A stretch of 64,000 nucleotides of DNA, from the NCBI GenBank assembly GCA_049322255.1, contig JBMORE010000053.1, positions 62,001 to 126,000 of the forward strand, given 5' to 3'. Below, in pieces: positions 59,167 to 64,000 of this stretch. Position 1 is the stretch's first letter; the number at the start of each line of letters is the position of its first letter. The notes below the pieces were generated by a model. The model ran no database searches. It had not been told where the DNA came from and saw nothing but the letters and a program-made list of their open reading frames with translations. The position numbers and the translations under genes are program-made. The DNA comes from Myxococcota bacterium. Its GTDB lineage: Bacteria > Myxococcota > Myxococcia > Myxococcales > Myxococcaceae.

Positions 59167-59877
59167 CTAGCGCATCACCAACTTCACCTTCTCGCTGCAG
59201 ATGAAGTACTCGTCGCCGTCTTCGACCTTGCGGCGCTTGATGCGCTGCTTGTTGAACCAAGTGCCGTTCGACGAGCCGAGGTCTTCGATGTAGTAGTCAG
59301 CGCCCTCGCGCACGATGACCGCGTGCTCGCGGGAAACCTTTCCCGAGTTGATCACGAAGTCGCAGTGCTTGCCCCTGCCGATGACGAAGCGGTCTTTGGT
59401 AATCTTGTCCAGCTCTCCGCCCTCCATCATGAGGAAGAGCTGGCCGCCGGGGGCCGAGCCTTCGCCTTCGTCGGCCTCCATCCCCTCCTCTCCCGGTGCG
59501 GGCAAGTCTTCTTCCGGAGCGGGCTGGTTCTTTCTCTTCATCAGCCGCTCGAGCTCGGCAGCGGTCTCCAGCACGCTCTCGGCTACCTTGCGGCGATCGG
59601 GGTCGTCGTCGAGCCTGGCGGAGGGCTCAGGGGCTCGCGGGACCACGCGGGGCGGCGCCGGGTTGAGCTGGGGAGGCACGGCGGCCGCGCCCCGATGCCC
59701 GTTCGCGCGACCGGCGGCCTGATCGAGAAAACCGTTGAGCCGGGCGAACATGAACATCGCTTGGTTGATGAGCGCATCGCGCTCCGAGCCCATCGAAGAG
59801 GCCATCTCCTCGAAGGCCTCCCAGATGTGATCTGCGATCGCGACCTTACGTGCGGGTCGGGAGCTTTGGTCCATCAT
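59167..59877 (-). CDS. FHA protein with N-terminal ribbon-helix-helix-like segment
   Basis: C-terminal FHA IGR..VSREH..SSNGT; N-terminal RKVAI-helix-G-helix pattern. Confidence 0.82.
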   Translation of the reverse strand: MMDQSSRPARKVAIADHIWEAFEEMASSMGSERDALINQAMFMFARLNGFLDQAAGRANGHRGAAAVPPQLNPAPPRVVPRAPEPSARLDDDPDRRKVAESVLETAAELERLMKRKNQPAPEEDLPAPGEEGMEADEGEGSAPGGQLFLMMEGGELDKITKDRFVIGRGKHCDFVINSGKVSREHAVIVREGADYYIEDLGSSNGTWFNKQRIKRRKVEDGDEYFICSEKVKLVMR

Positions 59878-59944
59878 GTCCCTGACTAGCCTAGGTGGAA
59901 TGGAGGGTAAGTAAAGATATCAGCACTCCATCCCGTGGGCCAAG

Positions 59945-61735
59945 CTACCGATGAGGCTGAACATTTCCCGCGTTCACCCCCCGCTGCACCCCGGGGGTTT
60001 CGATCTCGGCCACCACGTTGCCTGAGGGGTACGTCACAAATGCTTGATCTCCTTGAGGTTCGAGCACGACGCTGTTGGGAAGGGTGCACACCCCGCATGG
60101 AGGGTTCCCGATGGACACCGCCAAGGGAGCAAACGAGTCCTCGCTTTGAACGAGGTAGCGAAAGTCCCTTCGGATGTTGGGGTCTCCTGGGCCGAGCCGC
60201 AAAGAAAGCTGGGGCCGGGAGGGACTAAAGTCCGCCGGCCGCTGGAAGTAGCTGCCCTGGAACACGAAGGTGGAATCGCTCCCCGCGCGCCCCATGAAGC
60301 CGCTGACCGAGCCTGACACCACGTAAGGCTGGCTCCCCGCGGCGCGCACGGTGAAGCGGGTACGGTTGGCGCACGCTGGGACGGCGGAGGCGACCAAGGC
60401 AGCCGGCTCGATCGCGGCGACCATCACCTCGGCGCAGCGCCCTCCATCGTCGAAGACCTCGACGTAGTCTCCCATCTGAGCTCGCGCCAGGAACGCCGGG
60501 TCGGCGACGAAACGATCGTCATTGCCGCTGGTCGGCACGTCGACGAGCCCCGGGAGCGCGCCCTCGAAGACCAGCGAAAGGGTCTCGTCGCGCGCCGCAC
60601 CATCGGCAACGAAGGAGTTGGGGTCGGCCAGCACCGGCCCGGCGACGAAAGGGAGCGCGCTGCCGTCGGCGGCGACGTACTGGGTGGACACGAGCGCGGC
60701 CGGCTGTGCATCGGTATCGATGTGACGCAAGGCCTGCGCGTCGAAGAACACCACCTCGCCGCTCGAGGCGGTGAAGGCTCCCGCCAGCGCATCTCCCACC
60801 CCGGGCAGATTGAGCCCGCTGGCCACGTCGAGCCCGCGAAGGAGGGCGCTTCCAAACTGTACCGGCAGCATCGGCAGGCCCGCGCCGTCCACGAGAACTT
60901 GCCCGCTCGTCGCATCCACACCCATCACTCCCCGGCACGAGAGATCGCCGCAGGCTTCGGGATCGAGCGTTCCAAACACCCGGCTGCCCGAAGGGTCTGA
61001 CACCAGATTTCGCACCGGAGCAGGGAACGCCAGCGGCAGCGTCGCCAACGTCAGCGTGTCGAGCACCACCGTGTGGCCTGCCCTGCCCCCTTGGCTGCGC
61101 GATGCGACCACCAGTCGTGGCGTGGGCAACGCGAGCAGGCCCACCACCGCCTCGTCGGGAAGAAAGGCGAGCTGGCGGATCCGCCCCTGGAGCGCGGCGA
61201 CGCCTTCTGGTGAAACCACCGCCCGGGGAACATCGGAAAGCTCCCAGACCGTCGAAGAGGTGCCATCGAAAGTCGCGAAGTAAAGGGTGCTCTGGTCGCC
61301 CCCCTGCGCGGCCATGGCGGTCACCGGGTGAGCGGTCGACAGGCGGAAGAGCTCGACGAGCGCCTGCGGGTCCTCCTCGAGACTGGTGGACGGCAGCCCC
61401 TTCACCACCGAGATGGCCGAGGTGCCTTGGCTGGCGACGTAGACCAGCGGCCCGGCGACGAGCTGACCGCCGTCGTAGCGTACGTCTCGGGCGAGGCTCA
61501 CCGGGCGCTCGAGCACGGGGACGGAGAGCGCCTGCAGCGGGTTGGGCGCGCGCAAAAACCCCACCGGCTGGCCCTCCACGTCTAGCACCCGCAGCTCGTT
61601 GCGGTCGGTGGAGGTGACGAACAGCAGGCGACCCACCAGCGCCAGGTCCTGCGTGCCGAAAAGCTCGGCCGAGGGCGCTTCGGTGCGCGAGGAGCACGCG
61701 GCGGCGAGCAGAAGCGCGGGAAGCCACTTTTTCAT
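59945..61735 (-). CDS. Large lipoprotein, beta-propeller-like
   Basis: Lipobox LAAAC; beta-rich repeats; ATGA-coupled to the upstream gene. Confidence 0.75.
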   Translation of the reverse strand: MKKWLPALLLAAACSSRTEAPSAELFGTQDLALVGRLLFVTSTDRNELRVLDVEGQPVGFLRAPNPLQALSVPVLERPVSLARDVRYDGGQLVAGPLVYVASQGTSAISVVKGLPSTSLEEDPQALVELFRLSTAHPVTAMAAQGGDQSTLYFATFDGTSSTVWELSDVPRAVVSPEGVAALQGRIRQLAFLPDEAVVGLLALPTPRLVVASRSQGGRAGHTVVLDTLTLATLPLAFPAPVRNLVSDPSGSRVFGTLDPEACGDLSCRGVMGVDATSGQVLVDGAGLPMLPVQFGSALLRGLDVASGLNLPGVGDALAGAFTASSGEVVFFDAQALRHIDTDAQPAALVSTQYVAADGSALPFVAGPVLADPNSFVADGAARDETLSLVFEGALPGLVDVPTSGNDDRFVADPAFLARAQMGDYVEVFDDGGRCAEVMVAAIEPAALVASAVPACANRTRFTVRAAGSQPYVVSGSVSGFMGRAGSDSTFVFQGSYFQRPADFSPSRPQLSLRLGPGDPNIRRDFRYLVQSEDSFAPLAVSIGNPPCGVCTLPNSVVLEPQGDQAFVTYPSGNVVAEIETPGVQRGVNAGNVQPHR

Positions 61736-63084
61736 CGGGCCTCCCCGACGCACTCCGCGTTGGTGGGGTCGACCAGACAGGTCTGCGAGGTGCCCAAGTG
61801 CGCCACCAACCTCGCCTCCTGAGGGCGCAAGAGATCAGGTATGTCGACCACCGCCACCCGGCCGTCGGCGAACATCGACACGTACAGCCGCGCCCCGGGA
61901 GCGCGCTCGTCGACGGCGATGGCGAAGGGCTGCTCCCCCAGCGACGAAATCTGCGCCACCACCGCCCCCGCCTCGTCGTCATAGATGGACAGCACGTCGG
62001 CGCTCGAGCTGGTGACCGCCACCAGGTTGCCACGGCCCGCCCGAGGAAGAATCGCCAGCTCGTTGGCTCCTCCCGGCAGCGGCACCCCGCGCACCACCAA
62101 CAGCCGCGGCTCGGAGGTGGTGGCCCCTTGCACGTCGATGACCAAAAGCGTGTCGGGCAGACGCCCAGCGAGGTAGAGGCGGCGCTGATCGGCGGAGAGC
62201 GCGATGCCCCGCGCGTCGGCGACCCGAAATTCGTTCTGCAGCCGTGGGTCGAGCACCCGGCGATCGAAGCGGTCGACCAGGCGAACCATCGGCGCCGTCG
62301 AAGAGCGGCCGGAGACGAACGCGTAGCGACTGCCCACGGCCACGCCACTGCCGGCGCCCTCGCCGAGCTCGATGAAGTCTTCGGCGCTCACCACCGGGTT
62401 TTGGGCGAAGGTGCGAACCAGGTAGGAATGGAAGTCGCTTGCGCTGTCAGGCGGCGAGTCGGCGCGCTGCAGGTGGGTGACGAAGAGCTCGCCATCGGCC
62501 GCGATGGCCATCGAGTAGGGCTCGGGAGCACGGGGCAGGCCGGTCTTCGTCCCCTCGAGCTCCACCAGCGAGGGAGAATCGGCAATGCAGTTGTTGCCAC
62601 CCCCTTGAGGCGGGGTGAAACAGCTCAAGGTGAGCCCTTCGCCTGCAACGCCGGGCGCCTCGAGCACGTGCAACCGGCTCCCCTCCGCCCGCGAAGGAAC
62701 GAAGAGCCGCACGCCTCCGTCCTCCAGCGCAAAGCCCGCCATCTGGCCGGCGAAGCTCTCGGTGAAAACCACCCCGTCGTCCGAGACATTCAGCTCGGTC
62801 AGTTGCAAAGGCCCCGTCATCGGCACCGCGGCCCCGAACGAAGGCATTCCCACGCCGCCGCCCCTCACCCGCGCGAGGTTGACCGCCGTCACCGAGCCGA
62901 CATCGAAGCGTTTGTCGAAGTTCGAGCTCGCCACGTACAAGAGCCCCTCGGGTGACTCCGGCGAGTCGACGTGGGTAAGTCCGGTCGGGAAATAGAACGC
63001 GCCCAAAGGCGGGGGCGAGAAGGGCGACTCGGCGGGGCACCCGGCCAAGAGGGTGACGAGAGACAGGAGGGCGTATGGGCGCAT
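61732..63084 (-). CDS. YncE-like beta-propeller lipoprotein
   Basis: Lipobox LAGC; LYVASSNFD, RLYVS..DGRVAVVD blade motifs. Confidence 0.78.
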   Translation of the reverse strand: MRPYALLSLVTLLAGCPAESPFSPPPLGAFYFPTGLTHVDSPESPEGLLYVASSNFDKRFDVGSVTAVNLARVRGGGVGMPSFGAAVPMTGPLQLTELNVSDDGVVFTESFAGQMAGFALEDGGVRLFVPSRAEGSRLHVLEAPGVAGEGLTLSCFTPPQGGGNNCIADSPSLVELEGTKTGLPRAPEPYSMAIAADGELFVTHLQRADSPPDSASDFHSYLVRTFAQNPVVSAEDFIELGEGAGSGVAVGSRYAFVSGRSSTAPMVRLVDRFDRRVLDPRLQNEFRVADARGIALSADQRRLYLAGRLPDTLLVIDVQGATTSEPRLLVVRGVPLPGGANELAILPRAGRGNLVAVTSSSADVLSIYDDEAGAVVAQISSLGEQPFAIAVDERAPGARLYVSMFADGRVAVVDIPDLLRPQEARLVAHLGTSQTCLVDPTNAECVGEAR

Positions 63085-63178
63085 TCGAAGGGCGCGTACT
63101 GTAGGAACCTGTTCCTTCAGGAGCAACCGGCAATTCGAGCGGTTGCGGGGTACGGCGCCCCTTTGTTAACGAAGGGCC

Positions 63179-63661
63179 ATGGTGAAGGTCGGCGAGCCGG
63201 CCCCCGACTTCGAAGCGGTGGCGTCGAACGGAACGACGGTGCGCCTGTCGGCGCTGCGCGGGCGTCACGTCGTTCTCTACTTCTTCCCCAAGGCGTTCAC
63301 TCCCGGATGCACCGCACAGACCCGGCGCTTTCGCGACAACTACCCCGAGCTGGCAGCGCTGGGCGCCGAAGTGATGGGCGTCTCCATCGATACGCCGGAC
63401 ACACAGTGCCGGTTCGCTCAAAAAGAAACCGTCCCTTTCCCGATGATCGCTGACCCCCAGCGCACCATCAGCCGTGCCTTCGGCGTCTTGTGGCCGCTGT
63501 TCCACGTCGACAAGCGAGTCACTTTCGTCATCGACCCCGGCGGCGTCGTGGAGGCGGTGTTCCACCACGAGTTTCAGGTCAACCGGCACCTCGACGACGT
63601 CGTGCGACACTTGAAGAAGAAGTCGAGCGCTACGGCCGCGTCCCGTCGAAGCTCCAGCTGA
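63179..63661 (+). CDS. bcp: Peroxiredoxin Bcp/PrxQ
   Basis: APDF, YFFPKAFTPGCT, GVSID, RVTFVID. Confidence 0.92.
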   Translation: MVKVGEPAPDFEAVASNGTTVRLSALRGRHVVLYFFPKAFTPGCTAQTRRFRDNYPELAALGAEVMGVSIDTPDTQCRFAQKETVPFPMIADPQRTISRAFGVLWPLFHVDKRVTFVIDPGGVVEAVFHHEFQVNRHLDDVVRHLKKKSSATAASRRSSS

Positions 63662-63803
63662 GCGGGCTTTCCACCAACCCGCTCTTCCCGGTGCCGGTGA
63701 GCTGCACCGAGAGGTTCTTCGCGTTGGAGGTGCCGGCGACCTGCGCCGGGGGAGGTCCGCACGAGACGAAAAGAAACGCGAGCGTGAGGAGGAAGTCCTT
63801 CAT
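63630..63803 (-). CDS. Small (57 aa) lipoprotein or truncated lipoprotein remnant
   Basis: Manual translation MKDFLLTLAFLFVSCGPPP...; ATGA overlap with the glyS stop; not in the supplied ORF track. Confidence 0.5.
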   Translation of the reverse strand: MKDFLLTLAFLFVSCGPPPAQVAGTSNAKNLSVQLTGTGKSGLVESPLSWSFDGTRP

Positions 63804-64000
63804 GCGGCCTCCGCCTGAATCTTGGAGAAGTCGGCGATGCGGTTGAACAGCCCACCGATCTCGGTGAGGAAGCGCACCCGGTTCTCCCGGAGCGACTTGT
63901 CCTCCGCCATCACCATCACCTTGTCGAAAAAGGTGTCGACCGCGGGCTTGAGCGAGGTGATCTCCTTGAGCGCGGCGGCGTACTCGTCTTTTTCGAGCAG
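63800..64000 (-). CDS. glyS: Glycine-tRNA ligase beta subunit, C-terminal end
   Basis: LKPAVDTFFDKVMVMAEDKSLRENR...IADFSKI anticodon-binding motif. Confidence 0.93.
   Translation of the reverse strand: MLEKDEYAAALKEITSLKPAVDTFFDKVMVMAEDKSLRENRVRFLTEIGGLFNRIADFSKIQAEAA

Overview
GC-rich chromosomal segment of a myxobacterium (Myxococcota, Myxococcaceae/Archangiaceae-like, judged from TIGR02266 PilZ, DUF4388, zinc-ribbon Ser/Thr kinase, FHA and Kil-type Tad genes). It is mostly core genome: rel, dksA, dnaK, greB, PIN-PhoH, proC-divIVA-yggU, polA, the 3' end of glyS, tRNA-Lys and tRNA-Glu. Notable modules: (1) an apparent operon dnaK -> RavA/MoxR-like AAA+ ATPase -> vWA (MIDAS) protein -> PspA/ESCRT-III-like protein, with no grpE or dnaJ, which is my best candidate for an uncharacterised system; (2) a signalling neighbourhood of rel, two zinc-ribbon/double-FHA proteins flanking a zinc-ribbon Ser/Thr kinase, dksA and a DisA_N diadenylate cyclase; (3) an FHA-decorated Tad locus matching cluster 1 of the Myxococcus Kil contact-dependent prey-killing system, including a probable RHH-FHA regulator; (4) an accessory block of about 8 kb after tRNA-Glu with gene remnants and two-component genes; (5) a palindromic 31-bp tandem repeat upstream of crcB and two BoxC-like elements. 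I saw no CRISPR array, integrase, transposase or rRNA. All calls come from reading motifs by eye; no searches were run.
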